Shown piece after piece: positions 40,201 through 52,598 of a stretch of 64,000 nucleotides of DNA. Origin of the DNA: Paraphysomonas bandaiensis (lineage: Eukaryota; Protista; Chrysophyceae). The position numbers and the translations under genes are program-made. Where the stretch lies: contig CBFFRP010000144.1 of assembly GCA_965644295.1 (NCBI GenBank), positions 151,501 to 215,500 of the forward strand, written 5' to 3'. The stretch's first letter is position 1; each line of letters starts with the position of its first letter. The notes beneath the pieces are model-generated. The model searched no databases. It saw nothing but the letters and a program-made list of their open reading frames with translations, and had not been told where the DNA came from.

Positions 40201-40640
40201 GGGAAGGAGGAAGTCATGATATAGATGATGCTTTTATTCGATTATGGATTAGAAATAATGATGCAGGGAACAAAGGTTGGGTCGATATAGATGATTTCTG
40301 CCGTATATTTGCAGTTGCGAAGAAACTGGATGATAGGGGTCACGGTATTTTTGCGCAAAGTAACGCTGGAAATCAACGCGGCGGAAAGAATTTGGAACGG
40401 ATAAAGAGGTATGGTAGACTGTAATCACGTGCTTTAAGTATTCTAATATAGTACAGTGCGTTTATAAAATATGATGCCGATGGAGATGGATTTATTTCCG
40501 AGAGTGACTTGCGCTCCGCATTCAGTAGAATGGGAAAGAGTGTAAGTACACGGGAGATAATTGATTGGGTCCAATTACGGGATTCGTCGGGCAATGGAGC
40601 TGTTTCCTTTGAAGACTTTGTAACTTATTTCGGTCAGTAA
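16236..40640 (+). CDS. Giant (~7,500+ aa) multidomain protein: C2-like, ~35-37 Tudor/Agenet-like repeats, EF-hands, 4 PUB domains, WD40, pseudokinase, helical region, C-terminal EF-hands
   Basis: ORFs 16749-26675, 26751-27461, 27507-28391, 28434-28894, 28985-36739, 37117-38772 and 39210-40424 are separated only by short GT-AG introns (phase checked at ~28890). N-terminal exons read MTQLHILIEEGKQL...NTNPSWNETV. PUB motifs include NILNHPDEPKYYTIN...GGIQMLVALGF. EF-hands include DADGDGLLS and DIDQDGAVS. WD repeat GHLNTI...SVDCTIRLW. The last exon reads YDADGDGFISESDL...YFGQ*. The single-gene model is inferred. Confidence 0.75.
16783..24900 (+). repeat. Coding tandem array of ~35 Tudor-like units (216-249 bp each)
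   Basis: VEARYRGKMKYYPGVI(T/S)RVR...FDI(D/E)YDDGE occurs 35 times by manual count and is nearly identical at DNA level. Two diverged copies follow at ~24940 and ~25160. Confidence 0.95.
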
Positions 40641-41949
40641 ATGCTCTGATAATTTATGGTAGAAAGTATGTAGCTGTATAGCGATATTGGGTGTAAGTTA
40701 TTATTAGATCGCAGAATAGTTGGGTTTTAATCAGATTACGTAGATAAGCGTTGTTCATAAGACGTATATTGATATTATGAATACTGAAAACAATACTATG
40801 TTGCCGATACTTGAAGCTGATAGTGGAGCGTGTAGAAGGTTTGGTTGGACATATAATCAACGAGCCAGAAACTATCACTGCTGTAGGAACCAAATACACT
40901 CAATAATAAAAATAAGCATTTATAATATTGCTATATATAGCATGTGATTAGCAATTTTGAAAAGTACGGTTCAAATTCGAACTGATTATTGATGGCTTCA
41001 GAGGGAGTAATCCATTGACAGAAGTACCTAATGAAAAACTTCCAGAGAGAATGGCATACACATCTAAAACCTTCGCCTTTGCTATAATAGCTTGTGAATA
41101 ATGTTCGTGAAACTGAAATTAATTGATGTACAAGATCGTGACTAAGAATTGATAATATTGTGGTAGGTAGTAGAGACGATATATATAGTGAATGAAAACG
41201 TAAACGGTGAGTGCTGTTGATGACGATTGTGAAGTAATAGATTTTTGAGCGAGTTTGTTGTGCAGTTATTTAAGTTATACCATCCCTGATGTCAGTTTGA
41301 ATGTAGCATGATAAACCGCAAATGCTATATGATATACTATTCTGCATACCACCCATGTCACGAACTCAGTATATATTATTCTGTAGTGAAGATGCCCAAC
41401 TTGAATATGCATGTGATTTTGACTGCTGGAGTGATATCCGCTGCATCGATTCCAATAGAGCTGCGAGTAATAGGAGATGGCGAAGTGGTTACTTTTCGCA
41501 GGAATGAGAGCTTCCTTCTCACATTTACACAGTTGGCGGGGCAGGTATTTATACAGTACTTATATTATTGTAAAGAATACTGTATCCAATAAAGAGTGTC
41601 TGGTAATCTAGCAGTTGACGTGAGCGTAGAAATACTAAATGTAGTTAAACCTAATGAATTCAACAAGTTGACGCCACAAAAGCTATTTGTGTATCGTTGC
41701 AGTTTGGCTCCACCTGTGGGTAGAGTTATTCAGGAGGACGTCATTTAGGGTAGTAGGGGTCTGTCGATCAGGGTTAGGGTTAGAGACAACTTAATACTAG
41801 TGATATTGTGCGGGGAGTAGAGGTGGCTGAATGGGACGGGTATGACATTGCTTGCGGAATGGGGTTGCTGGGTGCGGGGGTGGATTTGGCTTAGAGAAAA
41901 AGTGAAGGATGTTTGAGATGGGTAGTGGCATTGGGGGTAGTGTGTGAGT

Positions 41950-42890
41950 GTAGTTAGTTGCTTGCTGGTGCATGTCTGTTCTATGTCGACTTTCGCTTCT
42001 CTTAGCATGCGTATACTGGGCAAAGAACGTTCACACTGGGTTTTTCATGGCGTATTGTAGTATAAGTAGAGAAGTAGAGATGTTATGCTCGAATAGACCT
42101 TGTAGGCGATGTGGGGGTGAGGTCATTGTAGGAGCATATGTGCGATGTTGTGTAGGGTGGTTGCAGACTGAGCAATGAGCGTCTGTGATACTGTCAACTC
42201 CAGTCTTCACTTTAGCATAATTCCTACCGATAGTGTACGATTTATCCAATACGTAGGCGGTCTCTCTCGGATATGGTCAGGAAGGAGGATGTAGTTTTGA
42301 GGTGCATTATATGTTCTACGGGGGTGAGTGTAGTTTCTGTGATTATAGTAGTCTCGCACTAGTCTGTGTGTCCAGTGCAGTGTGTCACGTTCAGTCTGGA
42401 CGCCATATTCTTAGTGTGTACTGTAGGAAGCTCCGTTTAGCAACCTCTCCCAATATCGATATCAAATCTGCGCCTGGAGATGACGAGAAAACCTTCCATG
42501 AATAGAGGGTGACATCGGTAGTAACAACCCAGTCACTCCAGGCAGTCGCGTCATCAATATAAATGCCATGATCTCTATATACGTCTGCGATTCTGCGCGT
42601 GAAGATGAAAGAGGACCCATATGACTGACCGTAGTGTACATGCAATCGTAGAAGATTCCTTTTGTGGTTTCTCTCCGAGTGTGTAACGGTGGGAGAGGGT
42701 TTCCGTTGCTCGAGTTTGGACGGATTGGCAGTCATTAGATAGGTTGAAGACGTGCGGAGAGGTGGAGAGCATCAGAACAGTATGGTGTGGTGCTGTGAGT
42801 AATCCTAAACCTTTGTACTTTGTGTGTGGGGGGGTACATGAGCGCTGCATGATAACCATTTGGGAGGCGGAGGGTCAATCTATCCGGACA
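41950..42890 (-). pseudogene. Possible decayed non-LTR retrotransposon 3' fragment (RNase H-like / Cys-rich)
   Basis: Fragmented minus-strand frames contain DHGIYIDDATA (resembling the RNase H G-x-x-x-AD-x-x-A motif) and HCSVCNHPTQH, with many stops. Weak evidence. Confidence 0.3.
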
Positions 42891-42896
42891 CACGTA

Positions 42897-44189
42897 AGTC
42901 TGTGGCATGACCAAAAACCTAGTCAAATGGAGGCGACCTGGTCAAATGACTACTGTTTTGCTAGAACCCTACTTTTAAGAGCGTAGCACTATAATAAAGT
43001 GCTTTCTATGCGAACGGAAAAGGTTTAGAATAGTTTAGAATATTTTTCATCACATAATATACTAACTTAGAATTCACATTATACACATCACATACATACC
43101 TATTAAGTCGGAACTGATAACACACAATATACAAAACAATCAGTTCGAATACTTAACCGCGGCTCATTTCCGCTTTCCTACAATCACATACTTTGCTTTT
43201 CCATTTCCATTTCCATCTTCCCATTCATCGTCTTCAGGAACAAGAAATAGCTCAAATCTCCCCGCAGTCGACGCTCCTTTCTCTTTAGGTCTTCATGTAG
43301 GTATGGCCCTCAAGAACTTTCCCCGTACCTTCTTGTCACAAACCTGCCATTTTCGTAGAGTACACCGTACACGCGATGCCGCCCATCATCGTAACAGGCT
43401 GTTATTTTACCATGCAAATTGCGAATAATTTGCACAACATTACCATCACTGTACACCGGATCAGGTAAAGACACTACACTTGTATCACTATATCACTCTC
43501 AGCACCATCACTCTCAATACTATCGCTCTCAGCACCATCACTCTCACTTGCAGGTTCAACTTCCTCAACGCTATCTGCAAGCTCTACCAAACGAGGTGGG
43601 CGCACAACCAACGCAGATTCCGTCGTGGGTTCTTCTTTATGGAAGAATTGTTCTTAGGAGCAGACCTTTCACTGTGGGAGCAGCCTTCTTGGGAACACCT
43701 GCCTTACTTGCACGTGATTTACGAGTTGTCACGACAATGTGGGCATTAGCAGGAGGCTTTCCCTCTCCACCAAAACACCACATACTTATCTTTAACAAGG
43801 ACTCGAGGGGGAGCCTCCTTGCTCTATTGGCTTGGCTTTCGCTTTCCAGAATGAATAATGCTTTCGGTCGTTTCAACTTCTCTCATCGGAAGCAAATCAT
43901 TTCCATTAATTTGTATACTCAAGGAGTTGTTAATGGTAAGTTTTAGTTTTTGTTACTACACGTATATTTTTTAGTTGTAGAAGTATAACTGTAATAACAT
44001 ATGTATGTTCACTATATATATATGATAATAATAAGTCAAATAGCACATTTAAAGCTTTGTTTTATTACTTGATAACATTCTACATACATACATCATAAAC
44101 AACCACTTTATAGACTCTTGTCGCATACCACAATAAACATTAAATACCTGGTCAAATCAACTGACCAGGTTTTGTCTTGCCACAGACTA
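42897..44189. mobile_element. TIR-bounded non-autonomous element
   Basis: Left AGTCTGTGGCATGACCAAAAACCTAGTCA is the inverted repeat of right TGACCAGGTTTTGTCTTGCCACAGACT. No intact transposase; TSD is unclear. Confidence 0.6.
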
Positions 44190-44208
44190 TTAGTAGTTTA
44201 TGTACTTC

Positions 44209-44780
44209 CCTCAACAAAGTCGGACTCGCACCTTTTCGTAGTGTTATGGGGTATATAAGCACAAGAGAGATATCTTGGGGAAACTAACGTGGCCCACTCA
44301 GAGCCAAATGCTTATGTAATTCAAGGGACACTAATAACTGTCACCTGTGTAGACGTCTTCGGGCCTTGAAGAATAAACAGGCAGCCGGGAATGGGCCCAC
44401 CTCAAGGGCATCAGGGGCATTGGGCTACCTACTGAAGTCAAAAATCCGGGCTGTTCACCTTAAGGACTCAAAAAATCATGAAGTCAGCAGATGTCAGATA
44501 TACCACCATTCTCTATTATACTATACGATTATCACAGTACGATTATCAAGCGTAGAACTGTATACTACTGTAATTTGAATACCTCTTGTAACTACAGCTT
44601 TCAATTGCTCTCATATAGCAGAATTCAACACTTTGCGTGGTAGAGCGAAAGTGGTTGCACCTTGGTGCTTGCGGTGACGCATAAGGATATCAGAGTTAAG
44701 TACGAGTTAGTTAAATTGTTTTGCTACATTAGTTATGACTCTTAAAATCGCCTATTGCTAATAACCAGACACTTACTACA
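44209..44780 (+). mobile_element. Repeat family R1, copy C with right TIR
   Basis: Collinear with 4365-4818, with a ~120-bp insertion at ~44510-44632. Ends ...gttaaattgttttgctacattagttatgactcttaaaatcgcctattgctaataaccagacacttactaca. Confidence 0.8.
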
Positions 44781-45224
44781 GCTTATGAACTTACCATCTC
44801 AATGTACTTGATTATGAGTACTATATGTCTGCCCCGTCTGGTTTGCTAGTAGCCGAAAAGCAAAAATGTTATAAATGTGCAGCGCTGGAAACCTTGTTTG
44901 TCTCAGCCGCCTATTCAGTCACATTTTATCTGAACTCGGACTGTATATCTATTTCACACAATGCACTTCTGATGCATGTGTCTTTTGTCTTTAAAATCAT
45001 GTATTTGCGACCTGTTCTTATAACTGACATGATGAAGTTGTAGTGTTATCATCTATACCCCCACACAGTGATATTTTAAGGAAAATATTTCACATATCAC
45101 AGCAATATCTAATTATATATATGTAGTAGTTACCCTAAATCTAAAATAGTTGTTACTTGTTGAGTATAAAACCCTAAACAAATCGGACTTGTACCTTTTG
45201 TAGCAGCATATATATTGTTCTGCC

Positions 45225-45986
45225 AAGGGATAGGGAACAATATATTGATTGGTGGACTGGTCAAATATTCCATCAATAGTGTTTTTGTTAATAGAGCTCA
45301 CAATACTATTGCAATATATTGCAATCAATATTATGACAGAAAAGATTCTTAACTGTATGGTGCAAAATATACGCGTATGTATACAAATATCCGGAAAATA
45401 AGAAAAAAACATATTTTTGATGTTATTTTCTATTTTTATTTATGTATCGCCAGCTCAAACATGTACAGTATTAACAGTAATTCTCTTAATATAATATATA
45501 TCTTATAGTGATAAGAAGAGACAACTGAACGATGAATGCATACAAAAGTAGGGATATTTACAAAAAGTAGAAGTTGGCTATGCGGAAAAATTCTTCAATC
45601 ACTCACACTTAATATTGTGTTGTTTCTGAAAGCTAACCGACAGTTGTGGCCGGATGCAAGCATATTTCAATTTTCAATCAATATTGAATGAATAATGGTG
45701 ATGATGATGTCACCGATGATGGCTCAGAGGATGAGTATGAAGAAACTTTTAATTAGTTAAGAGTAGTGGGTTTGATTATCAAGTGACATTTTAGACCTTA
45801 TAAATGGCAAGTACTAAAAAAGGAAACTACGGATGTGTTTACTTACTGATTAGTCATACTAATATATTGCAATATATTGTACAATATATTGAAATAGTAT
45901 TGTAGGGCCGGTTTAAAAAATCCATCAATACTATTGATGGAACGCTATCTAACAATAGTATTGCAATATATTGTTCCCTATCACTG
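45225..45986. mobile_element. hAT-like MITE with perfect 8-bp TSD
   Basis: TSD GTTCTGCC at 45217-45224 and 45987-45994. TIRs AAGGGATAGGGAACAATATATTG and CAATATATTGTTCCCTATCACTG. Subterminal caatatattg/caatactattg motifs. Confidence 0.85.
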
Positions 45987-47029
45987 GTTCTGCCCACTCA
46001 TGCGGCCTAATGCTTGTGTGGTGCGACACAAGGTCTTTGTAACGCCTTGGCTTTACGCTATTGTTGTATCTTATAGTTCAGCTCTCTCATCCCAGTCGTA
46101 TAAGAATCTTGAGTGTTAGGAGAACACATAGTCTATATGCTGTGAAACTATGACCTCTAGTTACAGTTAGGAGTATCGCGAGAAGCTATTGGCAGAGATG
46201 TGGTTGTACACATGGATCCTTATATGACTGCTATCTACGGCTACGAGCGGTGTGTGTACTTCACATATGTATTGGTACTGATTCTTCTCTAGCTGCAGAT
46301 AGAGTACATTAATCTACATATGTAGCTTGTACTATCCATATATGTATGTATACTTCCACCCGCATCCTTCGCAATACTTTCAACACCATGTACAAGGGGA
46401 CACAGCGTTACGCATGTGCATGTGTCATGAATATGATTTACTAGTAGTGCATGTACACATTGTACCACCTGAGGGTCTGTTCATCTTGTTGTGAGGTCAT
46501 AGCGGCGACGTGAGTGCTCTTATCCCTGTGGAGTCCATTGTTTGTTTTTGTGGTGTTCGGAGTGAATATCTGCTGGACATGTGAGCCACCATGGACGTGA
46601 ATACTAGTGTTCAAGTTCCAAGTCTCAACATCGTTTCGTTGTATATCGCTCAATTGTGAATGAATTCTGAAAGTTCAGTGGTCAAAAATGGCTTTTTAGG
46701 TGGCTTTTTAAAAGTAGATAACGTACTCTACCGTATACCAGGTATTCTGTCGTAGAGTCTTTCCGGACCTTCAAGGACAAAACCAATCACACACATGCAA
46801 CATACAACACAGCCACTTTTTTGGTGTTGGAATTCTTTTGACATTCGAATCCAGAATCTTGAACAGACGCCAAAATCCCTTCATTCATTTGTGAAAATTT
46901 TAATTTGTGTTGTCACAAAAAAGAGTTTCAGTTGTCTTTATTTGACCAGACTTGTCGACTGAGATATTCATATATGGCCGGCCATCTTCTATTCTGTGGA
47001 CCCTTTCGAAAGATCTACACAACTGAACT

Positions 47030-49060
47030 ATGCTGAAGAATAAAATTAAGCAAGCCAAGCTCGCTGAGGAGGGTTCAAGTCCCTCTGATGCGATGGATGC
47101 TCAGGATGGCGAAGCTGAGGACCCTCAGAACGTGTTGATTGAATCAGAGGCGATTAGTTTAGGCAAACGCACCAGATCATTTGACGACAGCAGCAGTAAA
47201 GATGTATGTGGTACCGAAGGCAATCAAGATCCCCAAGAATGGAGGAAAAGTCAAAAGCAGGCGAAGTTAGATGATACTGTTGTTTCAGCTGCGGAGACTG
47301 GTGCAGTCTCAGAGAATCAGAGTAGCAACAGCGATGTGCATGACGGTGGTGAACTTACAAATACCAGTAAACATCAGTCATTGAATGATAATGGTAGCTC
47401 ACATAACCCATATATGGGAACTGAGATGGATAGGAATAGGGACAGCACGGTTGTAGTGAACTCCGTGAACACTCCAGAGCCCACCAGTGGTGTGGCTGAT
47501 CAAACCCTACATAGCAGCCCCAAAACAGTAAATGCCGGTTCAGTTACCTCTGGCCCCGCAAATACAGGGACTGCAAACAGTGCTCCCAGTATGACTTCAC
47601 ACGGCGGAAAGTCCGTATATAAGGCACCAGACACATATGAGGGTCGGAGCGGCACCAAGCCCAGCAAACGAGATCAGAACTGGGATATGCAGTATGAGGC
47701 ACTCCTCGCATATGCAAATAAGTACAAGCACTGCAATATCCGCCCTGGTTACACGGTTGGTATAGAAGACAAACCACAGGTAAATTTGTACGCCTGGTTA
47801 GCCCTACAGAGGCGCCACAAGAAGCAAGGAAAGCTCCGTCCAGATAGAGAAGTGAAATTACAAGAGCTGGTAAATGCCGGGCTGATGACGTGGTCAGGTA
47901 GTGACATGCCAGACCACGGGTACGAAGATGATGAGTATATACATGTACTACCTCCTCCACCCCCGCCCAGTTGGAATTCCCACTTCGACGAACTGCTTGT
48001 CTACGCTGAGTCAACCGGCCACGGGAACGTACCACCGGGACATTTGGTGACCTTGGAGGATCGAAAGAACATTGACCTGGGGCAGTGGGTAGATGAGCAG
48101 CGACGGGCTTGGTCAAGGCGTCTTCCTGAGAGCCCCCCAGATCATAACCTGAGCAAGCTCAATACCCTTCATATGGAGGGGCGCTTTTCTTGGGAATTGA
48201 GCAGCCGACAGAGCCCCGCACGAACCGTATCCCAAGATATCCTGGATAAAAAGTGGAGCGTACGCTTTGAGGCCTTGCGTGACTTTGTTTCTCGTGAAGG
48301 CAATGAACAGGTGTGTCTAGGGGACAGGATAGAGGCTTCTCTAGATGTTCCAGTGCCTGGTGAAGGGCGAGTGGAATCCTTCCATCTTGGCCTCTGGGTG
48401 CGTGCCCAACGTATGTGCCACCTTGCTGAAGCTTTACCAGAGGAGCGGAAAGAAAAATTGCAGAAGCTAGTGGACGCGGGAGTGCTGCGGTGGATGTCAG
48501 AAGAGGAAGCCGTGAGAAGAGCAGCTGAGGCCGAGAAGAGGGCGAAGGAGGAGGAAGCTCTCTGGACAGCCTGGTATAATGCTCTCCTATGGCACGGCAC
48601 ACACAAGGGGCATTGTAATCTGAGATCCCATGATACTATCACACTCCCGGATGGGTCTGAAGCGGAATTAGGCAAGTGGCTGCATATCCAGCGGGCTTAC
48701 ATCAAGAAAGGGAGACTGCGTCTGGATCGGGTGAAGAAAATAAAGAAGCTCTTCGACCAGGGTAAGATGGACCCCGTGAGATGGGCACACGTATTTACTC
48801 TTAAATACCCGGTGGAGGCATTTGCTCCTCTATCTGATGCTTCTCAAATGGGGTCAGCCCCAGTCACATCGTCGAGTCTGCAGTCTACTGCAGAAGTGGA
48901 AAGCAGGCATGTAGAGGTGCAGCAGCAGAAGCAAGTTGAGCGAGAGACTTCTGAATCAAACAGACAAATAGCTACGACAGATCGCGATGCTGAAGTCCCA
49001 TCTACAGAACAGGAGAGTTCATCATCCCGAGAGTTGCCACACTACAATACCGTAGCATAA
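47030..49060 (+). CDS. Helicase-associated (HA) domain repeat protein, intronless, 676 aa
   Basis: Four HA-type units (W...Y/F..L..Y....GH.N.......LG.W...QR......L...R...L..L), e.g. WDMQYEALLAYANKYKHCN...LYAWLALQRR...LRPDREVKLQEL. Low-complexity N- and C-termini. Confidence 0.85.
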   Translation: MLKNKIKQAKLAEEGSSPSDAMDAQDGEAEDPQNVLIESEAISLGKRTRSFDDSSSKDVCGTEGNQDPQEWRKSQKQAKLDDTVVSAAETGAVSENQSSNSDVHDGGELTNTSKHQSLNDNGSSHNPYMGTEMDRNRDSTVVVNSVNTPEPTSGVADQTLHSSPKTVNAGSVTSGPANTGTANSAPSMTSHGGKSVYKAPDTYEGRSGTKPSKRDQNWDMQYEALLAYANKYKHCNIRPGYTVGIEDKPQVNLYAWLALQRRHKKQGKLRPDREVKLQELVNAGLMTWSGSDMPDHGYEDDEYIHVLPPPPPPSWNSHFDELLVYAESTGHGNVPPGHLVTLEDRKNIDLGQWVDEQRRAWSRRLPESPPDHNLSKLNTLHMEGRFSWELSSRQSPARTVSQDILDKKWSVRFEALRDFVSREGNEQVCLGDRIEASLDVPVPGEGRVESFHLGLWVRAQRMCHLAEALPEERKEKLQKLVDAGVLRWMSEEEAVRRAAEAEKRAKEEEALWTAWYNALLWHGTHKGHCNLRSHDTITLPDGSEAELGKWLHIQRAYIKKGRLRLDRVKKIKKLFDQGKMDPVRWAHVFTLKYPVEAFAPLSDASQMGSAPVTSSSLQSTAEVESRHVEVQQQKQVERETSESNRQIATTDRDAEVPSTEQESSSSRELPHYNTVA

Positions 49061-50436
49061 TGTGTTGTACTACTCGCCACTTGGACCCACAAGTGGCAGC
49101 AGAGAGGCCCGTAGCGTAGGCCCACTTCTAATGTATTCTTTTACAAGATATCATATGTACACCTCTATATTTCACTTCAAGTTTAGGGTTTTTATACGGT
49201 TAGGTATATCATGCATCATTGTTGACGCGTTTTGATAAAACGGTAGCATTGTATATGAAGACACTGTTGTCTCATTAACCGTGAAGAAATGAAGAGAAGA
49301 CTGCAATATTGTTCTGAGCGAACTGCGTCTATTTTGTACTACGTAATAAAATATGTTGAGATTTTTAGTAGTCATACAGTCGCAGCAGTGAGTTTCTGGA
49401 TAATTGCTTGGCTCTTTTTCTCCGAACATAGAATCCCAAAGTGATTTACCACTAGTTACGGATTACTACTTGTAGACAACATAATATTCTGTTAGAAAAT
49501 GCTGAACAAGGTTTCACTCTATGCTTAGATTATAAGTTAGAAACATATAATTAACTCATGTGATCAATATCACTTCTCACTCACTGTCAATCGCCGAATT
49601 CATGTTGTCTCAACTACCAATCATTTCCATGCAATTTTAGACATATTACATATCACGATCTCATACAGTCAATATATTTCAGTTTCATTACTAACGATTA
49701 CGATTATCATCATCTCAATAGTTCATGTAGTACTGTTCATTACTGCTGTATTCTTCAAGTAACGGTTGTAATTTAAATACCTTAGAACTACAGCTTTTAA
49801 GTCTCATATATAGGAAAACTCAACACTCCCTCTCAATTCAAAGCAGTAGTTAGACTCTTCACATCACAAGACTAACTGACGGATGCGCAACCAACAAAAA
49901 CCAAATACGACAAAAGCATGTAAATGTATGACTCCGATATTTCAGCTAGCCTCTCCATATATATAGTCAACTGGCATTCTCTGTATAATAACGCAAACGA
50001 AGCCCCAATTCACCAACACCTCCCGTAGCCACACCAGCTCCTGTATACCAGCACACGCATAGCCTGATACCCTCTCTTTTATACGGTACTCGTAAAATGG
50101 ACCGCAAGGTGAGAGATCCACCCGTAGCAAAAACACAACATAGCAAACCACATCTTCAGCCCAGTGTTGTATCCGCTAAAACATGCATATATATATAATA
50201 TCAAAACGTTTTCCACTGAATCGAATGACTTTCCGCACGGTATCCCTAGCATATATCAATGCAAATGCAGAGAACTATATATATTAGCACTCTAGTAACT
50301 AGCTAGTTTTAATAAGGAATTATGCACGTCAAAAATGTGGGAATTTCTTCCCCACGTTTGAATAAGCGCAGTCAACGATATTACTGAACTTCTCATATGC
50401 TTCGAGTTCTCTGTAATTAGATAACATGTCAGTTAA

Positions 50437-51303
50437 GGGCCCAAAGACGTCTACACAAGTGACACTTATTAGTTTACCACACAAGCATTAGCTGATTTCT
50501 ATGCTTACGTATGTGGCTCACGTTAGTTTCCCGGACCCCCAGAACACAACGTAAAAAGGTACGAGTCCGACTGTGTATATATTATATATTGAAAGTCTTA
50601 TTATTGAAAAAGCTAATAGCAATATAATAGGCGTTAAAAACCTGCACCAAGTTAGTAGCTAGATGAATGCTAGACAAACTAGTTAGACCTCTACCTGTAA
50701 CTAAATTAATCAGTACACACTTTTTTTATCCTACTATTTAACGCTACAAAAGCTGCTTGTGCATCGCCGCAAGCACCAAGGTGCGACCACTTCCACTCTG
50801 ATTTCTAAAGGATTCTTGACTTCAGCAGGCAGCCCAATACCCCGGTTATCCTTGAGGTGGGCCCTGTCCCGGATGCCCTTCAGGCGGGCCCCGTAACTAA
50901 TATAAAATTTATTAAATAATGTCTCTAAAAACATGTTCTCTTTACACCTACTACATTACTTTTATTGCGAAACATATAAAAAACACACAACTTAAATCGA
51001 CATTTTCAAAATTTCACCAGGTTTAGAGCGTTTCTCCAGGTTTGTTCATATCACATCAACTTCCGGATGCCCTTGAGGTGGGACCATTCCCGGATGCCTG
51101 CTTATTCGTCAGGGCCCAAAGACCTCTACACAAGTGACACTGATTGGTGTCCCTTGTACTACACAAGCATTCGGCTATGAGTGGGCAGAAGAATATCTGC
51201 TGACTATGTTTGCGGCTCACGTTAGTTTCCCAGAGAGAATCTCTCCGGTAATTATCCCCCAGAACCCCACGAAAAGGTACGAGTCTGACGTTTTGTTGAG
51301 GGT
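50437..51303 (-). mobile_element. Cluster of repeat family R1 fragments (minus orientation)
   Basis: 50437-50573, 50590-50700 (TIR-like), 50735-50885 and 51061-51303 match the reverse complement of 4285-4818. Confidence 0.75.
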
Positions 51304-52003
51304 GGCACTGTTCTCCAAACAGTGTCAGGTACATTTGTGTGTACTTTCATGTTATTTCTTACTTTTTAGCAGTTTTTTATCCGAGCGGAGAAGGTACACG
51401 GTTTCCTACTACTATAGCGTAAAAGTCACTCGGGAGAAGAGTGCAATGTGGATGCATGTGCTGGACGAATGCACGTAATAGAGGGAAGACATTATTGGAG
51501 TCAGCTTAAAATTCATCTGTTTCAAATTGCAAATTATTTGTAACAGATTTTGGTAGACATCTGTTTCATACAGCCGGCGCTATAGAGCTACTCTACTCTC
51601 CCTCCAGACTACCTGCGGCTGATGTGAACACCACCTTGAAGAAGGCCCTAAAGATCTGCCGCATATACACAGGAGACATCATATATGCCGAAGACACCGA
51701 CCGCAAATTGTTTGTGTTATAGGACAAAAGTAGATTGGGCAGGAGCGTATGATCCGGCTTAAACACGCAACTCGTCGTATGTCCATGTAACTAACTAAGT
51801 CGTGTTGTATAGTTGAGCACTTGTCGGTGCATGCAATATATTATAGTAACTAGAGAGATGAGAGTCCTGTTATGATGGTTAGTGTCGCGCGAGTTGTTAG
51901 GTTGGTCGCGGCAACGCACAAGCTTGCGCTTATTAACAATCAGATTTTCAATTTATATAGGCAATGAGTGGGCAGAACAATATCTGCTGACTATATATAT
52001 ATA

Positions 52004-52598
52004 GGGATCTATTTTTTGACCTATAGTCAATTTAGTGGAATTTCCTAGTCACACCAAAATTGGTTTAAAAACCTAGTCAAAAGATAATTAGATTTTTATC
52101 ATTACAATGACTAGGTTGACTCTAGGTGGAAGTGGGTATTCACCTCTAGTCAAACAGGGGAGCATATACTTAAATTCAAAAATTCAAATGACATAAGTCT
52201 CACACTTCGTCGTCACAGTCGAATGAAAATTGGGCTGTTTCTGATGACTAAGTCCGGTGTAGCTCCACAGCAATCTTTATTTCATGGGCATCGAACCCCA
52301 CAATCTTCGGATGAGCCAGGATGTGATCAAGAGCATCAGAAAACCGACACTGCCAGCGAAGAATTTTTCATTTCTGTATGTTGCATTTTTACGTCACCTG
52401 CTGCTATGACCTCATGCTTCTGTAATGTGTAACTATAGGCCTGTAATGCGTAGCTATATGCGAGTACAATAATTCATGACTAGGTTTAATACTATAATTG
52501 ACTCGGTTGAGTCATTTATTGCTTTGACTAGGTTTTTACACCGAAAATAGTATGACTAGGAAATTCAACCAAATTGACTAAGTTGAATAGTATATCTC
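52004..52598. mobile_element. TIR element (MITE-like) inserted in a (TA)n run
   Basis: Left tagtcaatttagtggaatttcctagtca...aaaacctagtcaa is the inverted repeat of right ttgactaggttttt...tgactaggaaattcaaccaaattgactaa. Both flanks are ATATAT; termini GGG.../...CTC. Confidence 0.7.

Noticed and set aside
49076-49097. Hairpin GCCACTTG-N6-CAAGTGGC after the HA gene
   Set aside because: There is no adjacent CTRR end to support a Helitron terminus, and bacterial-type terminators are not expected here. An 8-bp stem can arise by chance.
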